Below, one piece after another: positions 37,891 through 47,902 of a DNA stretch of 64,000 nt. The DNA is from a virus, in the IMG/VR virus record IMGVR_UViG_3300043409_002154, positions 54,664 through 118,663 of that record; one strand, 5' to 3'. Under the pieces are notes generated by a model. It worked only from the letters and a program-made list of their open reading frames with translations, was not told where the DNA came from and did not search any database. Position 1 is the first letter of the stretch. The number at the start of each line of letters is the position of its first letter. The translations under genes were made by a program, and so were the position numbers.

Positions 37891-39860
37891 TAATCTTAAC
37901 AACAACATATAATTGTGAAAACTACATTGAAAAATGTTTATTTAGTATAATGAGTCAAAAATTTACTGACTTTAAATGTTATATAACTGACGACCTTTCT
38001 ACAGATAAAACGGTAACAATTATAAAAAACACTATTAAAGATGACTCAAGATTTATTTTAATTGAAAATACAAAAAAAATGTTTCAACCTGGAAATTATG
38101 ACCAAGTTATTAGGGGGTTAGATATTGATGGTGATGAAATTTGCGTTGAGGTTGATGGTGATGATTGGTTACCAAATTCAAATGTATTAGGGTACGTAGA
38201 TAATGTTTATAAGGACAAAAATATTTGGATGACAAGCGGTTCTTTTAAATATCATGACGGTAGACTTGGATTTTCAAAACCCCCAAGTCAATACGATAAT
38301 GTAAGAAAACAAACATTTACTCTTTCACATATTAGAACTTGGAAATCTTGGTTATGGAAAAAAATAGAACCTAAAGATTTAAAAAACGAAAATGGTGAAT
38401 ATTGGGACGTTGCCGGAGATTTATCTTTTATGTTTCCAATGTTTGAAATGTCAGGTAAAAAACATTACTTATTTATCCCTGAGACGTTATATACCTACAA
38501 TGAATTAAACCCTATTAATGACCATAAAGTTAATATGGATAAGGTTACAAAAACGGTAAATAAAATACGTAATATGTCTTCTTATAAAAAAATATCTAAT
38601 GATGATACAAAAACTATCGATATGGTTACTCCATATCGATTTGATGTAATAATTAAATATTTATACGCAAAATCAATTATTGAGGGATTTAAAACCGACT
38701 ATTTTAAAGAAATGTATAAAGAACATTTGCGTCTTTGGAATGGATTTAAAGAATATGACAACCCAAATAAAAATACATTTGAATCGTTTGATAATGAATT
38801 TAAGTTAATTATTAATTCAATACAAAAAAAAGGGTTTGACCCTGAAGTTTCAAAAATTCCAATTACTGAGGATAAATACATTGTTAATGGAGCACATAGA
38901 TTAGCAGCGGCATTAGCGTGTAATAAGGAAATTGTTACAAAATCGGCTAATATGCCAACTGACGGTCAAAAAGATTGTAGTTGGGATGGGTTATTTAAAG
39001 GGTTAAATTTATCAGAAAAATACGCAAACCAGGCGGCAATAGAATATTCCAAACTAAAAAATAACGTATATGTTGTTACTTTATTTCCATCAACTAAAGG
39101 AGATTTTAAATCGGCAATCGAAATAATTAAAAATCATGGTAAATTAGTTTATTATAGACAAATTAATTTAAAAAATAATGGACCTCTTAATTTAATGAAA
39201 GAACTTTACGTTGGTGAAGAATGGGCTGGAGGTCATTTTAATAATTATAATGGATTTAGACTTAAAGAAAGTCTTTGTTTTACGTCAGAACATCCAACGT
39301 GGGCATTTTTAGCGGAATTTGATTCCATTGAAACAACAAGAATTGTTAAAAATAAAATTAGAGAAAAACATGGGGTTGGAAATCATTCGGTTCATATAAA
39401 TGACACTCATGAACAAACATTACGTTTGTCAAAAATATTTTTTAATGATAATAGTATTCATCATTTAAATAATACACCTCAATTTAATTATTTAAAATTT
39501 GAAAACACAATTTCTAGTTTTAAAAATTTAATTGAAAAAAATAATCTAGATATTGACGACTATTGTCTAGTTGGAAGTTCTCCTTTATCTGTATACGGAC
39601 TAAGAGAAGGTGAAGACCTTGATTACTTACACATTAATCCATTTAATATTAAAGACGATAAAGATTTAATTCATAGTCATAATGAATATGGTAAAAATTT
39701 ATATGATTTAAATTACGATGAAATCATATTAAACCCTGACAATCATTTTTACTCTAGAGGTGTTAAATTCGCATCTTTAAACGTTATTAAAAACATGAAA
39801 CAAAAAAGAAACGAAATGAAAGACGTAATCGATGTTAATTTAATAAATTCAATAACATGA
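37887..39860 (+). CDS. GT2 glycosyltransferase fused to a ParB/Srx-like domain and a C-terminal nucleotidyltransferase-like segment
   Basis: TTYNCENYI, DDLSTD and VDGDDW; then SIQKKGFD..IVNGAHRLAAA; then VGSS.L.VYGLREGEDLD. Confidence 0.72.
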   Translation: MIILTTTYNCENYIEKCLFSIMSQKFTDFKCYITDDLSTDKTVTIIKNTIKDDSRFILIENTKKMFQPGNYDQVIRGLDIDGDEICVEVDGDDWLPNSNVLGYVDNVYKDKNIWMTSGSFKYHDGRLGFSKPPSQYDNVRKQTFTLSHIRTWKSWLWKKIEPKDLKNENGEYWDVAGDLSFMFPMFEMSGKKHYLFIPETLYTYNELNPINDHKVNMDKVTKTVNKIRNMSSYKKISNDDTKTIDMVTPYRFDVIIKYLYAKSIIEGFKTDYFKEMYKEHLRLWNGFKEYDNPNKNTFESFDNEFKLIINSIQKKGFDPEVSKIPITEDKYIVNGAHRLAAALACNKEIVTKSANMPTDGQKDCSWDGLFKGLNLSEKYANQAAIEYSKLKNNVYVVTLFPSTKGDFKSAIEIIKNHGKLVYYRQINLKNNGPLNLMKELYVGEEWAGGHFNNYNGFRLKESLCFTSEHPTWAFLAEFDSIETTRIVKNKIREKHGVGNHSVHINDTHEQTLRLSKIFFNDNSIHHLNNTPQFNYLKFENTISSFKNLIEKNNLDIDDYCLVGSSPLSVYGLREGEDLDYLHINPFNIKDDKDLIHSHNEYGKNLYDLNYDEIILNPDNHFYSRGVKFASLNVIKNMKQKRNEMKDVIDVNLINSIT

Positions 39861-40690
39861 AAAAAATATATTTCGCAAACACAACTTGGAACGAAAGTCC
39901 CCAGTTAATTGAGAATTTTATTCATCAAACACCGGAAAATTTAGGTGTTTGGGGGAATATTACATATACTCTAAATAAAGATGAAAGCGATTATATTATT
40001 GTAATGGATGAAACCACAGAATCTGTTGACCCTAAAAAAGTTATTTTTTTTGGGCGTGAACCACATTATATAGGTCTTAGAAAATGGACTCAAGAAAGTT
40101 ATGGTAATTATCATCACGAATTAGGCAATTCATGGTTGGCAATGACATGGTGGACTAAAATTAAATTTAATGATTTAGTTAATATGGAACCAATAAAGAA
40201 TAAAGATTTAAGTGCAATTGATTCTGGTAAACGACATACCCCCTATCATAAATTTAGAGCCGATTTAATTACTTCTTTTTTAAAAAAACACCCAAAAGAA
40301 ATAGATGGTTATGGACATATATGTAATAATGTTTTACCTTATAGAGACAAAACTAAAGGACTAATGGATTACAGATATAATTTAGTGTTAGAAAATGGCA
40401 AAACTGATTTTTATTTTAGTGAAAAATTTTGTGACCCTTTGTTGTTTCTTACAATGCCAATTTATAAAGGATGCAAAAAAATAGATAAATTTTTTCCAAA
40501 AGGGAGTTATATTGAATTTGACGATTCTAAAGGGATTGATTACGCTATCGATATGATTTTTGATTATTCAAAATCAAAGTATAGAGAAGAAAATATTGAA
40601 TTATTAAAAGAAGCTAGAGATTTAACACTAAATAAATATAACATATGGAACACCATTTCATTGGCAGTTAATAATAAAAAAATCATATAA
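39857..40690 (+). CDS. GT10-like fucosyltransferase
   Basis: YRYNLVLEN..YFSEKFCDP..MPIYKG motif. Confidence 0.72.
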   Translation: MKKIYFANTTWNESPQLIENFIHQTPENLGVWGNITYTLNKDESDYIIVMDETTESVDPKKVIFFGREPHYIGLRKWTQESYGNYHHELGNSWLAMTWWTKIKFNDLVNMEPIKNKDLSAIDSGKRHTPYHKFRADLITSFLKKHPKEIDGYGHICNNVLPYRDKTKGLMDYRYNLVLENGKTDFYFSEKFCDPLLFLTMPIYKGCKKIDKFFPKGSYIEFDDSKGIDYAIDMIFDYSKSKYREENIELLKEARDLTLNKYNIWNTISLAVNNKKII

Positions 40691-41103
40691 TGGAAAAAAT
40701 ATATTCTAAAATAAATCCTGAAAAATTATTACATATAATTGTTCGTAAAGAAGACATTAAATCATTAAGAGAAGATATAATACCTGAAAATAACTTTTTA
40801 CAATGTTCTACTTTAAATTTACATAAAGGAAAAACATTTAAACCACATAAACATATTTGGAAAGAAAAAAATCATAATGTTATTGCTCAAGAGAGTTGGG
40901 TCGTAATACAAGGTAGTGTGACGTGTTTTCTTTATGATTTAAATGACGAAATTATTTCAGAACCAATATTATATCCTGGTGATGCTAGTTTTACTTTAGA
41001 AGGAGGTCATAATTATTTAATTAATGAAGAGAATACTTTAGTTTATGAATATAAAACAGGACCTTATGAAGGTCAAAAAATGGATAAAACTTTTATAAAA
41101 TAA
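40690..41103 (+). CDS. Cupin (WbuC-like sugar isomerase)
   Basis: PHKH, QESWVVIQG, GGHNY and EYKTGPY motifs. Confidence 0.7.
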   Translation: MEKIYSKINPEKLLHIIVRKEDIKSLREDIIPENNFLQCSTLNLHKGKTFKPHKHIWKEKNHNVIAQESWVVIQGSVTCFLYDLNDEIISEPILYPGDASFTLEGGHNYLINEENTLVYEYKTGPYEGQKMDKTFIK

Positions 41104-41105
41104 TC

Positions 41106-42047
41106 ATGATTATAACTTTTTTCTGTGTAGGGGCAGTGATATTTGCGACCTACATGTATTTCACAATTTGGAATAATTATAATCCACAAACAAAGTCAAA
41201 AAGAAAAGATTATTCCAATCTTGGTGGTGAAAGTGTCGATTTACCAGAAAATATCCTGAAATTTACGGATTTTAAATACAAATACGAAGAAATTGTAAAA
41301 CACACTTTTAATAATTCTTTTTTTAAAAATTATTCAGTAAATGGTATTGATAAATTAAGAGAAGATAAGTGGAGAGAGACTTTTCCGGCAATATATGTTA
41401 TTGGGCCTGAAAATAATATAAGTGATATTATTAAGGAGGCAACTAAGGAGGGGTTTATAAATTTGATAAAATTTTTACACCCTAAACTTATGAAAGAAAC
41501 AATTAAAGAAATTAATGGATGTGACGAATTTACTTCTTGGATGACTAAAAAAACAAATTTAAATTGTTTTGGTTGTCACTTGTCACATGTTATAGTTGCT
41601 AAAGATATAATTGATAATAATTATGATTATGCTTTAGTTTTAGAAAACGATTGTAAATTTGAAGTATCAATTTCAAATGAGATATTAAATCAAATAAAAG
41701 ATTTATATAAAAATTATTCAAAGGATTTAAATTACTTAAATTTAGGAAATTCTAAAAGTGGTGAATTGTTTACAGAGACTAAAAATTTAGAGATAGTAAA
41801 CTCCCAAACTTTTTTAACTCACAGTTATATTATAAACAAATTAACTGCAAAATTTTTATACGAATCGGTTGACATAAGTAAACCCAAACCCGACCATAAT
41901 TTAATGGGTGAAAGTTGGGACCATGAACAATTTTATAGGGCAGGAGCTGATGATTTTTTTAGTTGTTATGTGAATTCTTTTACTTTATCTAAAGGTTTTA
42001 CATTTCAACAATTTATTGGTGATAACAGACATTTAAAAGCATTATGA
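41106..42047 (+). CDS. GT25-like glycosyltransferase with an N-terminal membrane anchor
   Basis: GCHLSH, ALVLEND and THSYII motifs; hydrophobic residues 2-22. Confidence 0.7.
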   Translation: MIITFFCVGAVIFATYMYFTIWNNYNPQTKSKRKDYSNLGGESVDLPENILKFTDFKYKYEEIVKHTFNNSFFKNYSVNGIDKLREDKWRETFPAIYVIGPENNISDIIKEATKEGFINLIKFLHPKLMKETIKEINGCDEFTSWMTKKTNLNCFGCHLSHVIVAKDIIDNNYDYALVLENDCKFEVSISNEILNQIKDLYKNYSKDLNYLNLGNSKSGELFTETKNLEIVNSQTFLTHSYIINKLTAKFLYESVDISKPKPDHNLMGESWDHEQFYRAGADDFFSCYVNSFTLSKGFTFQQFIGDNRHLKAL

Positions 42048-42592
42048 TGAAATTACATTTAGGTTGCGGGAAAAGGGATTTTGGTCCTGAATGGATTAGT
42101 ATTGATGGAGGAGATTACCCTCATCTAAAATACCATGATATTACATTATTACCATTTGAAGATAATTCAGTTGACCTTATATACGCATCACACGTTTTAG
42201 AATATTTTGATAGAGAAGAAGTTGTTTTAATACTAAAAGAATGGCGTAGAGTTTTAAAACCGGAGGGTAATTTAAGAATTGCGGTTCCTAATTTTAAATC
42301 TATTTGTGAATTGTATCTACATAAAAATATACCTATTGAAAAATTTTTAGGTCCAATTTATGGAAAAATGAAAATGTTAAATAATACAATTTACCATAAA
42401 ACAATTTATGATTTTAATTCTTTAAAAAATTTATTAACTATATGTGGATTTTACGGTATAATTGAGTATGATTGGAGAAACACGGAACACAGTAATTTTG
42501 ATGACCATTCTCAAGCTTATATTCCTCACATGGACAAAACAAACGGAGTTTTAATAAGTTTAAATGTGGTATCAAAAAAAAATAAGTTATAA
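42044..42592 (+). CDS. SAM methyltransferase (type 11)
   Basis: LHLGCG, IYASHVLE and RVLKPEG motifs. Confidence 0.85.
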   Translation: MMKLHLGCGKRDFGPEWISIDGGDYPHLKYHDITLLPFEDNSVDLIYASHVLEYFDREEVVLILKEWRRVLKPEGNLRIAVPNFKSICELYLHKNIPIEKFLGPIYGKMKMLNNTIYHKTIYDFNSLKNLLTICGFYGIIEYDWRNTEHSNFDDHSQAYIPHMDKTNGVLISLNVVSKKNKL

Positions 42593-42598
42593 AAAAAT

Positions 42599-43198
42599 AT
42601 GAGCGATTTTAATATTATAACAAAATTTGAAGAAGAAATGTCAATTTTTTTTGGTTCAAAATATGCAATTGCCGTTGACAGTTGCACACATGGTATTGAA
42701 TTGTGTTTAAGACATTTTAATATTAAACAAATATCAATTCCAAAAAATACTTACATATCGGTCCCATTTTTATCTAATAAATTAAATATCGCCCTTGAAT
42801 GGAGAGATGAAATTTGGGAAGATTATTATTATATCACCCCAACTATTATTGACGCAGCGGTATTGTGGAAAAAAAATAGTTATGTTCCAGGGACGTTTAT
42901 GTCATTAAGTTTTCAATATCAAAAACATCTTTCTTTAGGTAGAGGAGGTATGATTTTAACTGATAATGAAGATGTTGCAAAACAATTAAAAAAAATGTCG
43001 TACGATGGTAGACTCCCAAATATTCCTTGGAGAGACCAAGATATTGATACCTTTGGATTACATTATTATATGACCCCTGAAACCGCAAAATTAGGTTTAG
43101 AAAAATTAGAATTAGCAATAAATACAGAGCCTCGCAAATGGAAATGTTCCGATTGGCCGGACTTAACACAAATGAAAGTTTTTAATTATGAATTATAA
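42599..43198 (+). CDS. Compact DegT/DnrJ/EryC1/StrS PLP aminotransferase-like protein
   Basis: AIAVDSCTHG, IDAA and LSFQYQKHL..GRGGMILT motifs; only 199 aa. Confidence 0.75.
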   Translation: MSDFNIITKFEEEMSIFFGSKYAIAVDSCTHGIELCLRHFNIKQISIPKNTYISVPFLSNKLNIALEWRDEIWEDYYYITPTIIDAAVLWKKNSYVPGTFMSLSFQYQKHLSLGRGGMILTDNEDVAKQLKKMSYDGRLPNIPWRDQDIDTFGLHYYMTPETAKLGLEKLELAINTEPRKWKCSDWPDLTQMKVFNYEL

Positions 43199-43445
43199 TA
43201 TTTTTGATTCGGTTTGTTATACAAATTTGGACCCATTAGTTCCCTTTACAAAAGTTGCGGAATACGATACACTTAATGAAGTAAGAAACTTTTTATCTAA
43301 CTCTAACGAATTAATTAAATATTTTGTGTGCGATAAAAATAATAACATATTATTTGATAGTTTTACAAAAATTTATGAGTCGCCGGACAATGGTAAAACC
43401 ATTTATGAAAGACATATTTTACAATTAAATAAAAAAATTAAATGA
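43188..43445 (+). CDS. Hypothetical protein
   Basis: 85-aa ORF containing IYESPDNGKTIYER. Confidence 0.5.
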   Translation: MNYNIFDSVCYTNLDPLVPFTKVAEYDTLNEVRNFLSNSNELIKYFVCDKNNNILFDSFTKIYESPDNGKTIYERHILQLNKKIK

Positions 43446-44416
43446 ATAATAAAAAAGCTTTTATAACAGGTGTAAATGGTCAAGACGGAAGTTATTTGGC
43501 CGAATATTTACTTTCATTAGGGTATGAAGTACATGGTATGATTAGAAGACATTCTATGGCAGAAAACCAAGATTCTAGAGTTACCCATCTAACAGATAAA
43601 ATTGTAACTCATTATGGTGATTTATTAGATGAAAGTTCTATTGACACTATATTAAAAAAAATAAACCCAGACGAAATTTATAATATTGGGGCTCAAAGTC
43701 ACGTTAGAATTAGTTTTGATATTCCACAATTTACAGTAAAAACAAACGCTCTGGGGGTATTAAATATGTTAGAATCATACCGAAGAGTTTGTCCTGACGC
43801 AAAATTTTATCAAGCAAGTTCATCGGAAATGTTTGGTAATAGTGTTGATGAAGATGGATTCCAAAGAGAAAGCACACCTATGACCCCAGTAAGCCCTTAT
43901 GGTTGTTCAAAACTATTCGCATATTCGATTGTTAAAAATTACAGAAACTCATATAAGTTACACGCGACTAATGGTATATTATTTAATCATGAATCCCCAA
44001 GACGAGGTTCTAATTTTGTAACAAATAAAGTTGTTAAAACCGCAGTTCAAATTAAATTAGGTTTATCTAAGAACCTTGAACTTGGTAATATGGACACTTA
44101 CAGAGATTGGGGACATTCTAAAGACTATGTTAAAGCAATGCATATGATTCTTAATCATGAAAAACCGGATGATTTTGTTGTATCTACAATGATTACTCAT
44201 TCAGTAAGAGAAATGACTGATTACGTATTTAAAAAATTAGATTTAAATTATAAAGATTATGTTAGTGAAAATATAATTTTAAAAAGACCTGAAGAATTAA
44301 AATATTTAAAGGGGGATTCTACAAAAACTAGAACAATTTTGGGATGGAAACCTGAATATACTTTTGAAAGTATGTTAGACGAGATGATAGAATATTGGTT
44401 AGATAAATTTAATTAA
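43442..44416 (+). CDS. gmd: GDP-mannose 4,6-dehydratase
   Basis: ITGVNGQDGSYLAE, AQSHVRISF, QASSSEMFG, SPYGCSK, NHESPRRG and RDWGH motifs. Confidence 0.95.
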   Translation: MNNKKAFITGVNGQDGSYLAEYLLSLGYEVHGMIRRHSMAENQDSRVTHLTDKIVTHYGDLLDESSIDTILKKINPDEIYNIGAQSHVRISFDIPQFTVKTNALGVLNMLESYRRVCPDAKFYQASSSEMFGNSVDEDGFQRESTPMTPVSPYGCSKLFAYSIVKNYRNSYKLHATNGILFNHESPRRGSNFVTNKVVKTAVQIKLGLSKNLELGNMDTYRDWGHSKDYVKAMHMILNHEKPDDFVVSTMITHSVREMTDYVFKKLDLNYKDYVSENIILKRPEELKYLKGDSTKTRTILGWKPEYTFESMLDEMIEYWLDKFN

Positions 44417-44425
44417 TTTAAAAAA

Positions 44426-45160
44426 ATGGAAAAAAGAAATAGAAAAAAAGTAGTACAACAAAATACCGAAGACGTTACCGAAAAAAAAAGTAAAAAAGAA
44501 CTAATTTGTTCAATAATAAAGAAAAAAACAAAAGAAAAATTTTTATCTGAAAATCAAAAAATTTATTATGATAATTTAAATAAAAATCAAATTACGCTAT
44601 GTTCTGGACCGGCAGGTGTTGGAAAAAGTTACATTTCCATGAAATGTGCCATCGACTTATTATCAGACCCTGAAACCCCTTATGAGAAAATTATTATTGT
44701 TAGACCCGCAGTTGAAGCGGAAGAAAAACTTGGTAGTTTACCTGGAAATGTTGAAGAAAAGTTAGACCCATACATTTTTCCATCGTATTATTTGTTAAAT
44801 AAAATTATTGGTAAGACCTCTAGAGAAAAATTAAAAGAGATTGAAGCAATAGAAGTTTTTGCGTTGGCATTTATGCGTGGAATGAACATTGATAATTCGA
44901 TTTTAATTTTTGAAGAAGCTCAAAATTCTACTCCAAGTCAAATGAAATTATTATTAACTAGAATAGGGTATAACTCTAAGTTTTTTATATCTGGAGATTT
45001 AGAACAAACTGATAGATATAAAGATATAAAACAAAGTGGATTGTACGACGCAATACAAAAATTTCAAAATATGAATGACGTTGTTGTTTTTAACTTTGAA
45101 ACTAAAGATATTGTGAGGAACCCATTAATTAGTAAAATCCTTAAAAGATACGAAGAATGA
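44426..45160 (+). CDS. phoH: PhoH-like ATPase
   Basis: GPAGVGKS, RPAVEA..LGSLPG, FMRG, EEAQN, GDLEQ and VRNPLI motifs. Confidence 0.92.
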   Translation: MEKRNRKKVVQQNTEDVTEKKSKKELICSIIKKKTKEKFLSENQKIYYDNLNKNQITLCSGPAGVGKSYISMKCAIDLLSDPETPYEKIIIVRPAVEAEEKLGSLPGNVEEKLDPYIFPSYYLLNKIIGKTSREKLKEIEAIEVFALAFMRGMNIDNSILIFEEAQNSTPSQMKLLLTRIGYNSKFFISGDLEQTDRYKDIKQSGLYDAIQKFQNMNDVVVFNFETKDIVRNPLISKILKRYEE

Positions 45161-45759
45161 GAATTGGGGTAGAACTTAATGGTGTCTTAAGAAACACTCT
45201 TGGTAAAATAGAACAAACTTACCAAAAATATATGATTGAAAAAATGGAAGGGGTTGATGATGAAAACTCATTTAAGTATGAGTTAAAATTACCTATAACT
45301 TCTTTAGAACTTTCAAATCATCTAATGTTTGAAAATGAAGGTGATTTATATTCATTTCTTTATGAAGAATTTCCTATGGAAATATTTGGGCATTCACAAT
45401 CAACAGAATATACCACATTTAATGATTTAAATGAACAATATGTCAATTTAAGAGATTCTCACGATTTATTAATAGTGTCTGACGAAATTGGAAAATCTAA
45501 ACCATCGTCATTATTTTTTCTTTCTAAATTTGGATGTCAAATGGAAAAAATAAAATTTTATAGTAATTCAACAATTAATTCAATGTGGAATGAAATAGAT
45601 GTTTTACTTACTGCGAATCCTGTCTTATTATTAAACCATCCTGAAGATAAACTTGTTATTAAATATGAAACAATTTATAATCAAGAAATAAACACAATTC
45701 ATAAAATTAAAAAAATAAAAGAATTGGAAGAAATTATTAAACAAATTACAGCATGTTAA
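45157..45759 (+). CDS. 5'-nucleotidase (NT5C/HAD)-like protein with a degenerate motif I
   Basis: RIGVELNGVL in place of RIGIDxDGVL. Confidence 0.5.
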   Translation: MRIGVELNGVLRNTLGKIEQTYQKYMIEKMEGVDDENSFKYELKLPITSLELSNHLMFENEGDLYSFLYEEFPMEIFGHSQSTEYTTFNDLNEQYVNLRDSHDLLIVSDEIGKSKPSSLFFLSKFGCQMEKIKFYSNSTINSMWNEIDVLLTANPVLLLNHPEDKLVIKYETIYNQEINTIHKIKKIKELEEIIKQITAC

Positions 45760-46016
45760 AAATATTAGGGGAACATTATTATTTAGACCTTGATGAAATT
45801 GAAGAGTATATTAATATCCCTCAAACAACCGCAACAACTGAAAATCATATTAGTATTGTTAAATATGAAATAGTAAAAGTCCTTATGGATACAATATTAA
45901 CGGAAAATGAACCAGTTGATGAAACGTTAGGTATAAAATCAAGCGGTAATATGACCATCTCATTTAAAGTCGCATTTAACACCTTATTAAATAAAAAATT
46001 ATTAAACAAATACTAA
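45753..46016 (+). CDS. Hypothetical protein
   Basis: 87-aa ORF within the operon. Confidence 0.55.
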   Translation: MLKILGEHYYLDLDEIEEYINIPQTTATTENHISIVKYEIVKVLMDTILTENEPVDETLGIKSSGNMTISFKVAFNTLLNKKLLNKY

Positions 46017-46020
46017 ACAT

Positions 46021-47082
46021 ATGAATACAGAACAAATTTTAAAAATTAAAACATCAATAGACAACTTGAAAGAAAAAAAATCAAGGATTTATTTTTTAGT
46101 TCAAGACACTAAAGGTAACGCTAAAGCGTCAATGGCGTACATTTATAGATTAGCCCTTACTTTAAAGAATAATGGGTATAATGCAATTATTTTACACGAA
46201 AAAGTAGATTATACTGGAGTTTCAACTTGGTTGGGAGAAGAATTCATGGAAAATTTACCACATAAATCAATTGAAGGTGAAAATTTAGAGGTGTCTCCGG
46301 AAGATTTAATTGTTATCCCAGAATTATTTGGTTTTGTAATGTCTCAACTTACTAAAATGCCGTGTGGTAAAATAGTACTTTGTCAAGCTTATGACCATAT
46401 CTTAGAAACATTACAACCTGGAGCGACATGGACTCAATTAGGTTTTTTAAAATGTATAATTACATCAGATTATCAAAAAGATTTTGTTGAAGGTTTAATG
46501 AGAAATATGTCATTTGACATACTACCACCTTATATTTCAGATTCTTTTGAAAAACAAATATTACCACCAAACCCAATAATTGCAATACATTCTAGAGAAC
46601 AAAGAGAAAGTATAAATATAATTAAATCATTTTATATTAAATTTCCACAATATAGATGGGTAACATTTAGAGATATGAGAGGGTTAAGCGAACAAGAATT
46701 TGCATCTGTTTTAAAAGATTCGTTTTTGTCTGTTTGGATTGATGAAACAAGTTCTTATGGGACGTTTCCATTAGAATCCATGAAAGTTGGTGTACCTGTT
46801 ATTGGTTTAACACCTAATTTAGTACCTACTTGGATGAATGAAAATAATGGCGTTTGGGTAAACAATAAAATTCAAATTCTTGATTTTATTGCCGATTTTT
46901 TACAAAATTGGTTAGAAGATAACGTTAAACAAGATTTATATACTGAGATGTTAAAAACAGTTGAAAATTTACCATCAAAAACCGATTTTGAAACTAAAAC
47001 AGTTGAACTTTTTAGTGGATACATAAACACAAGAGCTACTTCATTTGAAGAGCAATTATCTAAATTAGAAACCACAGAATAA
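46021..47082 (+). CDS. GT-B glycosyltransferase-like protein
   Basis: DLIVIPE and SSYGTFPLESMKVGVPVIG (GT4-type E-x7-E region). Confidence 0.7.
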   Translation: MNTEQILKIKTSIDNLKEKKSRIYFLVQDTKGNAKASMAYIYRLALTLKNNGYNAIILHEKVDYTGVSTWLGEEFMENLPHKSIEGENLEVSPEDLIVIPELFGFVMSQLTKMPCGKIVLCQAYDHILETLQPGATWTQLGFLKCIITSDYQKDFVEGLMRNMSFDILPPYISDSFEKQILPPNPIIAIHSREQRESINIIKSFYIKFPQYRWVTFRDMRGLSEQEFASVLKDSFLSVWIDETSSYGTFPLESMKVGVPVIGLTPNLVPTWMNENNGVWVNNKIQILDFIADFLQNWLEDNVKQDLYTEMLKTVENLPSKTDFETKTVELFSGYINTRATSFEEQLSKLETTE

Positions 47083-47083
47083 T

Positions 47084-47902
47084 ATGACAAAGACTACCGA
47101 AAAAAAATTTACAATTTCTGTAATTTTACCAATTAAATCAGGTAAAGCAAACGGATTTACAGATTACTTTACTAAATGTATTGAATCTATTAAAACACAA
47201 GAATCTAAAATTAACGAATTAATTATTGTTCATACTAATGAAGATTACATTACTGAATATCTAAAAAGTTTTGATTTTGGAGACATAAATGTACAATTAC
47301 ACCCTTGGACGGCAGAACCTAATTTTGCAGAACAAGTAAATTATGGTGTGGAACAATCTAAATCAGAATGGATATCATTATTAGAATTTGATGATGAGTA
47401 TTCTAAAATTTGGTTTAAAAATGTTGAAAAATATAGTTCTGTTTACCCAGATTGTGACGCTTTTTTACCAATTGTTGTTGATGTTGATGAAAAAAGTATG
47501 TTTGTTGGTTTTACAAATGAAGCTAGTTTTGCTTTAAATGTTTCATCCGAAATGGGAGTTTTAACAAATGAAACTTTACATCAATTTCAAAATTTTCAAA
47601 TTGCCGGAATGGCGTTTAAGAAAGAAAAATATATTGAATATGGTAAAATTAAACCAAGTTTTAAATTAACTTTTGGATATGAATTCTTTTTAAGAATGAC
47701 ATATAACATGTCAAAAATTATGACAATACCAAGAATTGGTTATAAACATATGAATTTACGTGAAGGTTCTATTTTTTGGAATTATAAAAATGGTGAAAAT
47801 GTGCTATCTGAAAATGAAGTTAAATTTTGGATAGAAAGTGCAAAAAAAGAATATTTTTTTAATAATGATAGACAGATAAAATATGTACCAGAATCTATTT
47901 AA
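47084..47902 (+). CDS. GT2 glycosyltransferase
   Basis: ISVILPI, VNYGV, LLEFDD and EFFLR..IPRIGYKH motifs. Confidence 0.75.
   Translation: MTKTTEKKFTISVILPIKSGKANGFTDYFTKCIESIKTQESKINELIIVHTNEDYITEYLKSFDFGDINVQLHPWTAEPNFAEQVNYGVEQSKSEWISLLEFDDEYSKIWFKNVEKYSSVYPDCDAFLPIVVDVDEKSMFVGFTNEASFALNVSSEMGVLTNETLHQFQNFQIAGMAFKKEKYIEYGKIKPSFKLTFGYEFFLRMTYNMSKIMTIPRIGYKHMNLREGSIFWNYKNGENVLSENEVKFWIESAKKEYFFNNDRQIKYVPESI

Noticed and set aside
20632-47902. Bacterial O-antigen/capsule locus or giant eukaryotic virus origin
   Set aside because: No flippase, Wzy, ABC exporter or priming phosphoglycosyltransferase is visible, and the genes are interleaved with myophage tail, neck and sigma genes of similar AT-rich composition.
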